Assembly (NCBI GenBank): GCA_963514005.1
Contig: OY740792.1
Location: 29,512,001 to 29,576,000, forward strand
Direction of reading: 5' to 3'
DNA: 64,000 nt
Origin: Raja brachyura
Taxonomy: Eukaryota
Position 1 is the first letter of the stretch. The number at the start of each line of letters is the position of its first letter. The notes under the pieces were generated by a model. The model had not been told where the DNA came from and searched no databases. It saw only the letters and a program-made list of their open reading frames with translations. Shown here one piece after another: positions 13,110 through 27,049 of the stretch. The translations under genes were made by a program, and so were the position numbers.

Positions 13110-14480
13110 AGGTCGTGTTCTTAAAATGTGTGCAGATCAACTGGCTGGAGTTTTTGTGGACATTTCACCCTCCCATTACTAAGGTCTACTAAAGCCCTAC
13201 TTGCTTTAAAATGGCATCAATAATACTGGTGCCCAAGAAGAGTGACTACCGACCGGTGTCAATAACATCTATGGTGATGAAATGCTTTGAGAAGTTGGTT
13301 ATGGCGCATGTTAACTCATATTTCAGCAAGAACTTGGATCCACTGCAATTGGCCTACCGCCACAATGGGTCAACGGAGGATGCAATCTCTCTGTCTCTCC
13401 ACTGGACTATTTGGACAATACAAACACATACACTAGGTTGTTGTTCATAGACTACAGCTCAGCATTCAACACTATCATCCCCATCCAAACTGGTTACCAA
13501 GCTCAAGGAACTGGGTCTCTGTAGATCCCTCTGCAACTGAAACCTCAACCTCCTCATCAACAGACCACAATCGAATTGGCAGCAACACTTTCTCCATCAG
13601 GAGCACCTCAAGGTTGTATATTCAGCCCCCTACTCTACTCACTTCATACTCATGAATGTGTAGCCTGACAGTTTGAATTCCATCTTCAAATGTAGCAATG
13701 ACACCATCGTTGTTGAATGAATCACAAATGGCGATCAGTTGGAGTATAGGAGGGAGATTGGCTGACTGTCCAAAAGGTGCCAGAACAACCTTGCTCTCAA
13801 TGTCAGTAAAATCAAGGAATTGATTGTTGACTTTGGAAGAGGAAGGAGGAGGATCTGCAAATCTGTCTTCATCGACAGGACAGTGGTGGAGAGAGACAAA
13901 AAGTTGGAAATTCCTGGCCGTGCTTATCTCTGAAGATCTGTCCTGGACCCAGCACATTGATGCAATCATAAAGAAAGCCCATCAACGCATTAACTTCCTT
14001 AAAAGATTGAGGAGATTTGGTATGTCAACGAATACTTTCCTGAACTTCTACAGTTATACAATAGTGAGCATATTGACAGGTTGAATCACGATCTGATTCT
14101 GCAAGGGCGAACGGTAGCGTAGTGGTAGAGTTGTTGCCTTACAGTGTCGCAGACCCGGGTTCGATCTTGACTACAGGTGCTGTCTGTACAGAGTTTGTAC
14201 ATTCTCCTCATGACCTGCGTGGGTTTTCTCCGGTTTCCTCCCACTCTCCAAAGACGTTCAGGTTTGTAGGCTAATTGGCTTGGTGTAACTGTAAATTGTC
14301 CCTATTGTGTATAGGATAGCGTTAATGTACAGGGATTGCTGGTCAGCACGGACTCGGTGGGCCAAAGGGTCTGTTTCCACGCTGTATCTCTAAACTAAAC
14401 TAAACTCAATTGCCCGGGAAGGCAGAAGACTTCAAAAAGTGGTGAACATGGCCCAGTCCTTCATGGGTACTGACCTTTTT
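13110..14480 (+). mobile_element. Rex1/Babar-like LINE RT fragment interrupted by a SINE
   Basis: [50 protein letters not shown] and EDLSWTQHIDAIIKKAHQR..FLKRLRRFG, with frameshifts. Confidence 0.85.
14105..14406 (+). mobile_element. Full-length HE1/V-SINE-like tRNA SINE
   Basis: A and B boxes (GGTTCGATC), V-domain-like GGGTTTTCTCCGGTTTCCTCCCAC, and a (TAAAC)n tail. Confidence 0.88.
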
Positions 14481-15169
14481 TCATTCCTGTCATATGATGT
14501 TTACAGAGTACCAGTACTATCTTTACATATCTGTTGTAAGAATTTCATTGTTTTGTTTCCGAAACCTATGGCAATGAAGCACTCTTGATGAAAGTAATTT
14601 GTGAAATATGAGACTTAATCCAAAAACAGAAAGATCAGTCATCAGTTGCAGTTTGGTTTGGATGCACTGGATTCACAAGTTATTTGCGCTCATTCAACGA
14701 TCGGAAGGTATATTGCTGTTATACTGACTTCAAGTTTGGGTTAGTTTGATGTCAGTGAGCCTACACGTGAGCACTACATTATTAATGCTATGTTTCACTC
14801 TGGGAGCATCTAGGTGTTCCAATATTATTTGCTTCCATGATGTGATGTAGATGTAATATAAATGCCAGCGCCCCATGAGGCCAAAAGCAGAAGCTGGCAA
14901 ATGTGCCTGTGCATGGTGAATGAGGTCAGGTGTCCTTCTAGACGTTTTGGTTGGTTGTTCAGATTAAATCTTTCTTACAAGATGGCGGACGTGTATTCAT
15001 TGTGCTAGTCACAACAGGGCCTTACAGCACGAGTCTGGTAGGTTATAAAAAGTGACTGAGCAACACTATTTTAATTAAACTATTAGACGGTAAATTTCTG
15101 GAATCCAAATTATAATATGAAAATAGCTTCAATCCAAAATGATTTTTTGCAAGAAGTGATTCACCAGCA

Positions 15170-16170
15170 ATGCAAACGTTCAGTCTACCTAAATGGAGGA
15201 TCCCCTCTTTCATTATAGATGAGGCCCTCACTAGGGTCTTCTCGATATCCCGCAGTTACGCTTTTGCTCCACCTTCCCCCAGTCGTAACAGGGACAGTAC
15301 CCCTTGTCCTCGCCTTCCACGCCATCAGCCATCGCATATAGCACATAATCCTCCAACATTTTCGCCACCTCCAATGGGATTCCACCACTAGTCACATTTT
15401 CCCATCTCCACCCCTTTCCGCAGAGACCGTTCCCTCTGCAACTCCCTGGTCAAATCGTCCCTTTCCACCCAAACCACCCCCTCCCCAGGTACTTTCCCCT
15501 GCAACCAGAGGAAATGCAACACCTGTCCCTATACCTCCCCCCTTGACTGCGTCCAAGGACCCCAAGTCTTTTCACATGGGGCAGAGGTTCACTTGCACCT
15601 CCTCCTACCTCATCTACTATATCCACTGTTCATGGTGTGGAATCTGATATAGCAGCGATACCAAGCGCAGGCTCGGCGATCGCTTCACTGAACACCTCCA
15701 TTCAGTCCGCCTAAACCTACCTGGTTGATAAACACTTTAACTCCCCCTCCCATTCCCAAACTGACATTTCTGTCCTGGACCTCCTCCATTGTCAGAGTAA
15801 GTCCCAACACAAATTGGAGGAACAGCACCTCATATTTCACGGGCAGTTTACACCCCAGCGGTATGAACATTGACTTCTCTAACTTCAAGTAACTCTTGCT
15901 TTCCCTCTCTCCATCCCTTCCCCAGGTCACATACATTTTATCTGTTTACTTTGTTGTTACCTTCTCCCAGCTAGCAATGATCTATTCTTCATTTTCCTTC
16001 ATCCTCATTCCCTTTGTTCTATTTTCATACCTTACACTTCCTTATCTAAGTATCTCCTTCTCCTCTGACATCAGGCTGAAGAAGGGTCTCGACCCGAAAA
16101 GTCATCCATTCCTTCTCTCCAGAGATGCTGCCTGTCCCGCTGAGTTACTCCAGCATTTTGTGTCTATCAT
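15170..16170 (+). mobile_element. Penelope-like element 3' part (decayed GIY-YIG endonuclease and terminal repeat with hammerhead core)
   Basis: FTCTSSYLIY...TKRRLGDRFTEHL...KLEEQHLIF; CTGAAGAAGGGTCTCGACCCGAAA at 16076. Confidence 0.85.
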
Positions 16171-16465
16171 CAGTCTAATACACAGGATCATCCTGGTAAC
16201 TGAACACCATTCATTTGGAATTCTATCCATGGAAACTACTACTCGACATTATACATGAGGCCCAGGAGCCGTTGGTGAGGGAGGAACGAAAATCCGTAAC
16301 GTTCTAAATCTGTAACGTTCCATTCAATTAACTGGGCTTGAGGAAGCCGCTGATTGGTGGGAAGTGGACTAGAGTAAGCAGCTGACTGGCAGTCAGATTC
16401 CAGCAGTTTGTAGTGTACTGTACTTTGTATTTTGTATTTTGTATTGTATCCAGGGTAAGGGAAGT

Positions 16466-17400
16466 ATGAGTGCCAGGGCAGCTTACTGTTCTGGTTGGCA
16501 GATGTGGGAGGTCATGGAGTCGGATAGCCCTCCAGACGTCCACATATGCGCCAGATGCGTCGAGATGGGGCTCCTAAGGGACTGTGTTAGGAACCTAGAG
16601 CAGCAGCTCGATGACCGCCGTCTGGTCAGGGAGAACGAGGAGGTCATAGAGAGGAGTTACAGGGAGGTAGTCACTCCAAAACCACAGGAGGCAGACATGT
16701 GGGTCACGGTTAGTAGAGGCAAGGGGCAGAGGCAGGGACTAGAGAGTACCCCGGTGACTGTACACCTTGAAAGTAAGTACTCCTGTTTGAGTGCTGTTGG
16801 GGGGGGGACAGCCTACCTGGGGGTCGCAACAGTGACCGAGCCTGCGGTACAGAGAATGGCCCTGTTGCTCAGAAGGGTAAGGAAAAGAAGAGGAGGGCAT
16901 TAGTAATAGGGGACTCTATAGTTAGGGGGTCAGATTGGCAATTCTGTGGACGCAGTCCGGAGACCCGGATGGTACTTTGCCTCCCTGGTGCCAGGGTCCG
17001 GGATGTGTCTGAACGTGTCCACGATATCCTGAAAAGGGAGGGAGAGGGGCCTGAGGTCGTGGGACATATTGGTACCAATGACATAGGTAAAAAAAGAGAT
17101 GTCTTGAAAGGAGAATTTAGGGAGTTAGGAAGAGAGTTAAGGAAAAGGACCGCACAGATAACAATCTCAGGATTACTTCCTGTGCCACACGACAGTGAGA
17201 GTAGGAATGGAGCAAGGTGGAGGATAAATGCCTGGCTGAAGGCCTGGTGCACAGTGCAGGGATTCAAGTTTCTGGATCATTGGAACCTCTTTTGGGGAAG
17301 GAGTGACCTGTATAAAAAGGACAGGTTGCACTTGAACCCGAGGGGGACCAGTATCCTGGCGGTGAAATTTGCAAAGGCTACTGGGGGGACTTTAAACTAG
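16466..17400 (+). pseudogene. CR1 ORF1: zinc finger/coiled coil plus SGNH esterase, one frameshift near the G-run at ~16800
   Basis: YCSGWQMW..HICARC; IGDSIVRG, LPGARV, HIGTND, DRLHLN. Confidence 0.9.
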
Positions 17401-17699
17401 AACGGTTGGGGGGAGGGACTCAAATAGAGAAAGTTAGTAGACAGGGTCTGAGGCAGGAGGCAGAGAAGGGAAGCACTCAGACCCAACATGTAGGGGGGAA
17501 ATGAAGAAAAAAATAATAAACAGAGAATAAAAGGTGGTGGGTTTCTTAATTGTGTGAGCAGAGAGAAAGAGGGGTATAAAATGAGGGTAGAAGCAATCGG
17601 TAGCAAGGTGAAAATTAATAGTGGCAGGCAGACAAATCCAGGGCAAAAATCAAAAGGGTACACTTGTTAACATAATTGTATAAGGAGTAAGAGTGTTGT

Positions 17700-20511
17700 A
17701 AAAACAAGTCTGAAGGCTTTGTGTCTCAAGGCGAGGAGCATTCGTAATAAAGTGGACGAGTTGAATGTGTAGATAGCTATTAATGACGATGCTATAGTTG
17801 GGATCACGGAGACATGGCTCCAGGGGGACCAAGGCTGGGAGCTGAACATCTAGGGATATTCAATATTCAGGAGGGATAGACAGAAAGGAAAAGGAGGTGG
17901 GGTAGCGTTGCTGGTGAGAGAGGAGATTAATGCAATAGAAAGGAAGGACATTAGCTTGGAGGATATGGAATTGATATGGGTAGAGCTGCGAAACTCTAAG
18001 GGGCAGAAAACGCTAGTGGGAGTTGTGTACAGACCACCTAACAGTAGTAGTGGAGTTGGGGATGGCATCAAACAGGAAATTAGAAATGCGTGCAACAAGT
18101 GTAAAACAGTTATAATGGGTGACTTCAATCTACATATAGATTGGGTGAATCAAATTGGCAGGGGTGCTGAGGAAGAGGATTTCTTGGAATGTATGCGGGA
18201 TAGTTTTCTAAACCAACATGTAGAGAAACCAACGAGAGAGCAGGCTATTCTAGACTGGGTATTGAGTAATGAGGAAGGGTTAGTTAGCAGTCTTGTTGTG
18301 CGAGGCCCCTTGGGCAAGAGTGACCATTATATGGTTGAGTTCTTCATTAGGATGGAGAGTGACATAATTAATTCAGAAACAAGGGTTCTGAACTTAAACA
18401 AAGGTAACTTTGAAGGTATGAGACATGAATTGGCCAAGATAGACTGGCAAGTGATTCTTAAAGGGTTGACAGTAGATGTGTAATGGAAGGTATTTAAAGA
18501 CTGTATGGATGAACTACAAGAATTGTTCATCCCAGTTTGGCAAAAGAATAAATCAGGATGGTAATGCATTCATGGGTAACAAGGGAAATCGGGGATAGTA
18601 TAAAAACAAAAGATGAAGCATACAAATTAGCCAGAAAAAGCAGCCTACCAAGGGACTGGGAGAAATTCAGAGTCCAGCAGAGGAGGACAAAGGGCTTAAT
18701 TAGGAAAGGGAAAATAGATTATGAAAGAAAACTGGCAGGGAACATAAAAACTGACTGCAAAAGATTTTATAGATATGTGAAGAGAAAGAGATTAGTTAAA
18801 ACAAATGTAGGTCCCTTGCAGTCAGAAACGGGTAAATTGATCATGGGGAACAAGGACATGGCAGACCAATTGAATAACTACTTTGGTTCTGTCTTCACAA
18901 AGGAAGACAAAAATAATCTGCCGGAAATAGCAGGGGACCGGGGATCAAATAGGATGGAGGAACTGAGTGGAATCCAGGTTAGCCGGGAAATGGTGTTGGG
19001 TAAATTGAACGGATTAAAGGCCGATAAATCCCCAGGGCCAGATAGTCTGCGTCCCAGACTACTCAAGGAAGTAGCCACAGAAATAGTGGATGCATTAGTG
19101 ATAATTTTTTCAATACTCCTTAGATTCTGGAGTAGTTTCTGAGGATTGAAGGGTAGCTAATGTAACCCCACTTTTTAAAAAAGGAGGGAGAGAGAAAATG
19201 GGGAATTACAGACCAGTTAGTCTAACATTGGTAGTGGGGAAACTGCTAGAGTCAGTTATTAAAGATGGGATAGCAGCACATTTGGAAAGTGGTGAAATCA
19301 TTGGACAAAGTCAGCATGGATTTATTAAAGGTAAATCATGTCTGACGAATCTTATAGAATTTTTTGTGGATGTAACTAGTAGAGTGGATAAGGGAGAACC
19401 AGTGGATGTGTTATATCTGGACTTTCAGAAGGCTTTCGACAAGGTCCCACATAAGAGATTAGTATACAAACTTAAAGCACACGGTATTTGGGGTTCAGTA
19501 TTGATGTGGATAGAGAACTGGTTGGCAGACAGGAAGCAAAGGATAGGAGTAAACGGGTCCTTTTCAGAATGGCAGGCAGTGAATAGTGGGGTACCGCAAG
19601 GCTCAGTGCTGGGACCTCAGCTTTTTACAATATATGATTTGGATGAGGGAATTGAATGCAACATCTCCAAGTTTGCGGATGACACTAAGCTGGGGGGTAG
19701 TGTTAGGTATGAGGAGGATGCTAGGAGGCTGCAAGGTGACTTGGATAGGCTGGGTGAGTGGGCAAATGCATGGCAGATGCAGTATAATGTGGATAAATGT
19801 GAGGTTATCCACTTTGGTGGCAAAAACAGGAGGGTAGACTATTATCTGAATGGTGGCAGATTAGGAAAAGGGGAGATGCAACGAGACCTGGGTGTCATGG
19901 TACACCGGTCATTGAAAGTAGGCATGCAGGTGCAGCAGGCAGTGAAGAAAGCAAATGGTATGTTAGCATTCATAGCTAAAGGATTTGAGTATAGGAGCAG
20001 GGAGGTTCTACTGCAGTTGTACAGGGTTTTGGTGAGACCACACCTGGAGTATTGCATACAGTTTTGGTCTCCAAATCTGAGGAAAGACATTCTTGCCATA
20101 GAAGGGGTACAGAGAAGATTCACCAGACTGATTCCTGGGATGTCAGGACTTTCATATGAGGAAAGACTGGATAGATTTGGCTTGTACTCGCTAGAATTTA
20201 GAAGATTGAAGGGGGATCTTATAGAAACTTACAATATTCTTAAGGGGTTGGACAGGCTAGATATAGGAAGATTGTTCCCGATGTTGGGGAGGTCCAGAGC
20301 AAGGGCTCACAGTCTAAGGATAAGGGGGAATTCGTTTAGGACCAAGATGAGGAAAACATTTTTCACACAGAGAGTGGTGAGTCTCTGGAATTCTCTGCCA
20401 CAGAAGGTAGTTGAGGCCAATTCATTGGCTATATTTAAGAGGGAGTTAGATGTGGCCCTTGTGGCTAAAGGGATCAGGGGGTATGGAGAGAAGGCAGGTA
20501 CAGGATACTGA
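17700..20511 (+). pseudogene. CR1 ORF2: APE endonuclease plus reverse transcriptase, several stops and frameshifts
   Basis: GITETWL, VYRPP, MGDFN, SDH; KSPGPD, NYRPVSL, YLDFQKAFD, GVPQGSVLGP, KFADD. Confidence 0.97.
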
Positions 20512-21504
20512 GTTGGATGATCAGCCATGATCATATTGAATGGTGGTGCAGGCTCAAAGGGCCGATTGGCCTACTCTTGCACCTATTTTCTATGTTTTTA
20601 TGAAAAAGCGAAATAAATTTTAAAAAGTAGTATGAATATATCTGTTTTTGTAATTTACCCATTTCAGACCACATTATATATTTTGAATAAATGAATAAAG
20701 GCCAATTCAATAAATAAGAAACTTGGCCTGGACACCAATATGATGTGAAGGGAAATAGCTTTGTATAGTTTTGTCTTCCCCATTCCAAAACTACACAAAT
20801 CCTTTTTACTCTCTGATGAGTCATTAAAGGGATGACAAGTTCCAATGCTTTACTGTAAAAAATGGGAACAATGGCCCCTTCCCTCATTCCTCAATCCACT
20901 GTTGTGTTTATTGACCTTCTTGACATCAACAGCTCCTCAGCAGGAAACAGAGGACAGAATGTAGCTTAGAGCATGATTCAAACCCAGATGTTGAAGCCGA
21001 CAATGTTATCCTGTTGTTCAACCAAGCACATAATGCACATTAGTTTTGTTTAAAAAAAAGTCAAATGTCTTTTTGAAGTTCACAAATAGTCTGGCAAGTA
21101 GGCATGAAAACAGGCAAATATCCCAAACCAAAAATTGACACATCAAAATAGCAAAGCACACAAGAAACAAAGGGAATAAAAATAGTACAGAGGTCAAGTA
21201 GGAATATTACATTTTCCTTGTCTCAATACAATTATTGCATTGCAAGGAACTCCATACAATAGGTGAGATAACTGATTAGATTTAAAAATAGGATGTCTGT
21301 TACTTGCTTTGTGCTCTCAACAACCTAAATAACAAGTATTAATTCAGCTTCTTTGATGACTCAATAGATAAATGGATAGTGCAGTAAAAACTCAGTTAAT
21401 CAGCAAAAATTACAGATTAATTTTATGGATTTTGACAGGAACAATGTCAAAATAGAGCAGTGCATCATATGTAAGAATAATCTTAATCCAGCCAAAGCTT
21501 CTTA

Positions 21505-21955
21505 ACCATATAACGATATAACAATTACAGCACGGAAACAGGCCTTCTAGGCCCTTCCAGTCCGTGCCGACCATTCATTTTCCCCTAGTCCCATCTACCT
21601 GCACTCAGACCATACCCCTCCATTCTATACCCATCCATATACCTATCCACTTTACTTTTAAATGTTAAAATCGATCCTGCCTTCTGCAGGAAGATCATTC
21701 CACACAGCCACCACTCTCTGAGTAAAGAAGTTCCCCCTCATGTTACCCCTAAACTTCTGTCCCTTAATTCTCATGACATGCCCTCTTGTTTGAATCTTTC
21801 CTACCCTCAATGGGAAAAGCTTATCCACGTCAACTCTGTCTATCCCTTTCATCATTTTAAAGACCTCAATCAAGTCCCCCCTTAACCTTCTGCGCTCCAA
21901 AGAATAAAGACCTAACTTGTTCAACCTTTCAATAAAGACCTAACTTGTTCAACCT
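21505..21955 (-). mobile_element. CR1-type LINE 3' end
   Basis: ORF 21658-21924: LGLYSLERRRLRGDLIEVFK...TRGH...FFTQRVV. Confidence 0.9.
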
Positions 21956-22304
21956 TTCTTCTTCTTGAAACTTTGGCTAAAGTTCAATAAGAGAGAGGCC
22001 TGACTTCACAATTCCCCAGTTAAATAGATTCATACATAAATAGGCTGTTTCTACTAAAACATAGGTACTGAAAAGGTGAATTAAAAACTGCATTAAATAA
22101 TGAGTCGATCATGTCTGAACAAATTTGCATTTTCGGTCAGTCATATAGTACGGAAACAGGCTAATTAATTAGTTTAGTTTATCAGTTTAGTTTATTGTCA
22201 CGCGTACCGAAAAAGTGAAAAGCTTTTGTTGCATGTTAACCAGTCAGCAGAAAAACGAAATATGATTACAATCGAGCCATTTACAGTGTATAGATACATG
22301 ATAA

Positions 22305-22349
<45 letters not shown>

Positions 22350-22382
22350 TGTGTGTGTCTGTGTGTGTGTGTGTGTGTGTGT
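22305..22382. repeat. (TG)n microsatellite
   Basis: Seen directly. Confidence 0.98.
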
Positions 22383-23194
22383 AACTTTTTTAACCTCTCT
22401 CATTTATCATATTGTTTACAGTGTACTATGTTTACATATTCTGTTGTGCTGTAACAAGTAAGAATTTCATTGTTATATCTGGGACATATGACACTAAAAC
22501 ACTCTTGACCTTATCTATGCCCCATAGATTTTATTCACTCCTCAGTTTCCTGTTCTCCAATGTATTAAATCCAAGCCTGCCAAACCGGTTCCGAGAGTTC
22601 AGGTCCTCAAATCGTAGCAACAATTCTCAAATCTTCTCTACACTCTTTCCAGCTAAATGACATTTTTCCTAGAGCAGGGTGACCTAAAACTGAACATAAT
22701 ATTCAAAGTGCAGCGTCATCCATATCTTGTATTATAACATCTCAACTTCCACTCTCAATTTCCTGACTGATGGAGACAAGCATGCCAAAAGTCTTCTTCA
22801 TCACTTCTTTGTCAATCTGAACTACCACATTTCGGGAAATATGTACTTATACTCCGTACATTCCTTCTCTTTTATCACACTCAAGTCCCTACTGTTCATC
22901 ATGAAGGATCTGCCCTGGATTAGCTTCCCAAAACGCAACACTTATCCAAACTAAACTCCATTCCTTGGCCCATTTCCCCAGCTGATCAAGATCCTGCTGT
23001 AACTCTTAATAACCATCTTTACTGTCCAACATATCAACTTATTTTAGTATCATCTGCAAAATTACTGACAACATATTGTCTTTCTGCTGATCGGTTAGCA
23101 AGCAATAAACAGCTTTTCACTGTACCTCGATACATGTGACAATAAACTAAGCTGAACTAAACTGCATTGAACTAGTACAATTACATCCAAACCT

Positions 23195-23480
23195 TTAGCT
23201 TAGTTTAGAGATATAGCACGGAAACAGGCCTTTCGGCCCACTGGGTCCGTGCTATCCTACACGCATTAGGGGAAATTTTTACATTTTTACCAAGCCAATT
23301 TTACCTACAAAACTGTACGTCTTTGGAGTGCGGGAGTAAACCGAAGATCTCGGATAAAAAACCCACGCAGGTCACAGAGAGAACGTACAAACTCTGTACC
23401 GACAGCACCCACAGTCGGGATCAAACCCAGGTCTCCGGTGCTGCAAGAGCTGTAAGGCAGCAACTCTACCACTGTGCCCT
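23195..23480 (-). mobile_element. HE1/V-SINE-like tRNA SINE
   Basis: Reverse complement matches the SINE at 14105. Confidence 0.85.
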
Positions 23481-25307
23481 GACATAGGGCTTTTGATATA
23501 GACAGAGCTGCCAAGTTTTGTCAGAGCATTTCAGTATTCTAGTACCTGAAAACCAGTATTTTGCTGAGGAAATCAGTATTTTAAGATGGTGTCATTTTGC
23601 TGAAAAAAAATATTTTTTATGTGCGGTCATACCCATGAAAGAGTACAAGAATGCATAACTTTGCTACCAATTGACATGCCTGTTACACACCTTACTTGTC
23701 AGTGCATTCATTGCCATCTCTTTGTATACTTCTGTTTGAACGGCTGCTTCCTGCTTTTAGCACCAGATGATGATGTAGAAGCCATTTTGGAAGCCTCCCT
23801 CTCCCTCCCTCGCTCTCTCTTTCCTCTCTTTCCTTCCCTCCCTCCCCCTTTCCCTCCCTCTCTTCCTTCCAATTTGTCTCCCTCCCTCTCTTATTCCGTC
23901 CCTCCCTCTCTCCTCCTTCTCCCTCCCCGAACAATCTGTGACCCATAGGTGTGGCCATAGGGCTATGTGTAAAGCCCAAAGCGCTATGTGTAAAGGCAAT
24001 AGCGCTCCAGTTGGAAGCACTATAATTAGAACCCATAGCGCTGTTCGTTTAAATTCCCACGTGCTAAACTGACAGCGCTGTTTAAACCTGTAGCGAGACA
24101 GGCAGATCAAAGCGTACAAAAATAATCACCCAGATCTTGAAATTTAAATTACTAATAGATTTAATCTGCTTTAATTTTTAGAGTTACAGTATGAATTTTT
24201 ATATCCTTGGACTTTGATCTATTTTATTCCAGTGACTGTCTTTTCTCATCATGACTCATAGTAAAATGTCATTACAGTGGTGACAACATTAGAATTAGTG
24301 GCAGGTTAAGTTAGAATAACACAGAAAACTGGCAAAAAATAATTCGACCGATTGTGCATCAGGACACATAAAAACAATGGCAGTGGCAACAAAAATTAAG
24401 GAATTAATCACAATAGTGGTTTAAAAGATTGCTGCAATCATTACTATTAAAACATAAGTACTTGTGCCAAGATACCAGGATAAGCACTCAACCAAGAAAA
24501 CCAAGCCCAAAGCCAAAGTAGTATCTAAATTGCTTATAGACTTATGCTAAGGACAATAACTAACTCCATAAGCACTAATAAGCTACCTACATGTTAAAAG
24601 CACACAAAACGATTGTGTAGATGTATATCATTGGGGTTATCAAGTGGGCACCTCCTTTCATTGGTTTTTCGTTGAGTTAGGCCCACAACACCTCAGGAAG
24701 GCTCAACAGTTGGCTACTTAAACCAGGAAAAAATTTGCAAGGCAGATCTTTTTTTTGCCTTAGTAATAAATTATGTCTCCTACCAATTATAGGATGAACC
24801 AACCACAAACAACACTTTCAAAATCAACAATTTTGTTAGTGAGCTCATCGCGAATTGTGCATTTGTACATTAAAAACATGCTGCCAATCTTTGCAACCAA
24901 GAATGTATGAAGAGAGTGTCAGGCAAACAAATAAAATTCTATATGGATATCTCAAAACAGGTTTACTGGAGACTCAAAAAAGGCATTGAACTTCTGCATG
25001 TCAGGTAACAAACACAAATTTAAAAAACTTTCAGATTATTTTTACCATACTGAATATATCCAAGTAAAAGATAAACAAAGATAGGTTTGTAAATTTTACT
25101 TTCAAAACATGATCTTGAGAATTGTTAATCTCACAAAAAAACAATGATTGTAGATTTCACTTTGTGGATAGCTGCAAGTTTAAATCTACAAAACTGCAAG
25201 CTGTGTTCACAATTTTCAATAATTATAGATCTAGAAAAATCCAAGTAACCTCTTCAATTAAGCTCATTAACAAATATCGTCATCTGCAAATAGGGTAAAA
25301 AACTCAC

Positions 25308-25510
25308 CGACTGCCAAGCAATAGACTCCATGATCCGGTGTTCACATCTTTCCACGTGCTTGATCATCTCTCGGGTTAGATTTGGTTCTGCTTTAATGAA
25401 GCTCTCGATAACTTTATAAAACTCATAAGCCTTTATGTTGAATACGCGAAGGATCCAGGGAAAGGAAAGGTCAGTTTCTGCTTGAATGCTGCTCTTCGAT
25501 GAAACATTCC
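25308..25510 (-). CDS. RB1: RB1 coding exon (exon 17 equivalent), 203 nt, end of pocket box A
   Basis: tttatag|GGAATG...CAGTCG|gtgagt encodes [67 protein letters not shown], the RB_A signature. Confidence 0.98.
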
Positions 25511-27049
25511 CTATAAAGAAAATTAAAAGTGTTGTACATCCAGTAATTCGATAAATGTGCAAGCTACCTTATTTACATTTGATGTTTTATGTTATCTTTT
25601 TTAAAGTTTTAGCATCCCTTTAAAGAAAAAACTTACCACCCACACTAACGATTAAGGGCCACTCATCTCTCTAGAGCCTCGGATATTTCCGCTTGGAATG
25701 TCAGAGGGATGGGACTATAAACTAGCATGGAACAGCTTTCAAAGAATAAGGCAAAGTACCAAATTACTCAATTATTGAGATACAGCGACATAAATATTCC
25801 CATGTTATTCATGAAGTAGGGATAGGAAGCTCCATTACTAACCTGGGATAGGTCAAAACAGAAGTCTATCCCATTTTGAAACATCACATCAATATTGTTC
25901 CAGGAACAAGGACATGAGGGAGTGGACAAACCACGTTAAACAAACAGGTAAACACTTCATAAGACCATGTGATAGGAAAAGATTTAGGCCATTTGGCCCA
26001 TCAAGTCTACTCCGCCATTCAATCGTGGCTGATCTATCTCTCCCTCCTAACCCCATTCTCATGCCTTCTCCCCATAACCTCTGACACACGTACTTCGATA
26101 GATTTTTGCAAAGCTAACATTTTGAAGGTTCAAACAAGTCAATGTGAAGAAATCCAAATGATGTGCATAGAAGAGCATATATTTCATATATTTCTATATA
26201 AATGTCAGCATGTTTGGGATTTCCACTTGTGTGCCGAAATGGATAACTCTCAAACTTGCTGTTAGCACTTAACCAGTGACTCAATTACTAGACACCACTG
26301 CTGGAATCCAGCATTAAGGCACAGTTTTGTGGAAATTCCAAAGTTTCTACTCCAGGGAATCCACTCAACCTACTGCTTTCACAATGCTCCCAGTAAGAGA
26401 TCTGTGCAAGGTTAATTGCAACCATGAGCCACAAGTACTGGTACTTAAACTCTATGGGCTCTCTGGTAGTAGCTAGTGTTTAATGATTTTGGAAACTGGA
26501 TTCTATAAGTGTCCTACATGGAGGAACTGAACAAGATAAAAATTACTACTTCATTTCTAACTACCGAATATATTACATAACAGCACTTGGCAGAGGGTGG
26601 TGTAACAAAATTAAACTTAATGACAGCAAAACCGTCACATAAAGTCCAATGACTTTAAAAGAAAAAAACTTTATAAAACACATTGTCAACATATGCTTCA
26701 GAGTTGGAAAATTGCAGATTTCAAATCCTATTCTGAAATGTCGCAAACAAATTTATGGAATTACGTAAGGAAAACATTTGACCCACTGTGCCGGGTTGTT
26801 CTTCAACAGACCTACCACCAAGTCCCATTCCCCTTGTTTCACCCACCCACCTAAATGTATTATTCTACTTTCTTTATAAAAGCTAAAACTGAACCTCCTT
26901 CTACAACTTGTTTAGGGACTACATTCTAGAACACAATTATTTGCCTTGCTCCCCCATATTTAGATAGTTACATGGTATCAAGACAACAACCTCTCCATCA
27001 ATGTCAGTGAAACAAAAGAGTTACAGTGCCCTACATTATGGAGGGCCCT

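Larger units (their letters stand above)
16330..20602 (+). mobile_element. Near-full-length CR1-clade LINE, antisense to RB1
   Basis: 5' UTR, ORF1, ORF2 and a 3' ttctatgt-type tail are collinear. Confidence 0.95.

Noticed and set aside
14105-14180. tRNA gene
   Set aside because: The tRNA-like head continues into a SINE body and tail, and multiple decayed copies occur in the window.
25254-25562. ORF-track extensions around RB1 exon 17 (and 63256-63450 around exon 11)
   Set aside because: Homology stops at canonical splice sites; the flanks are intronic read-through.
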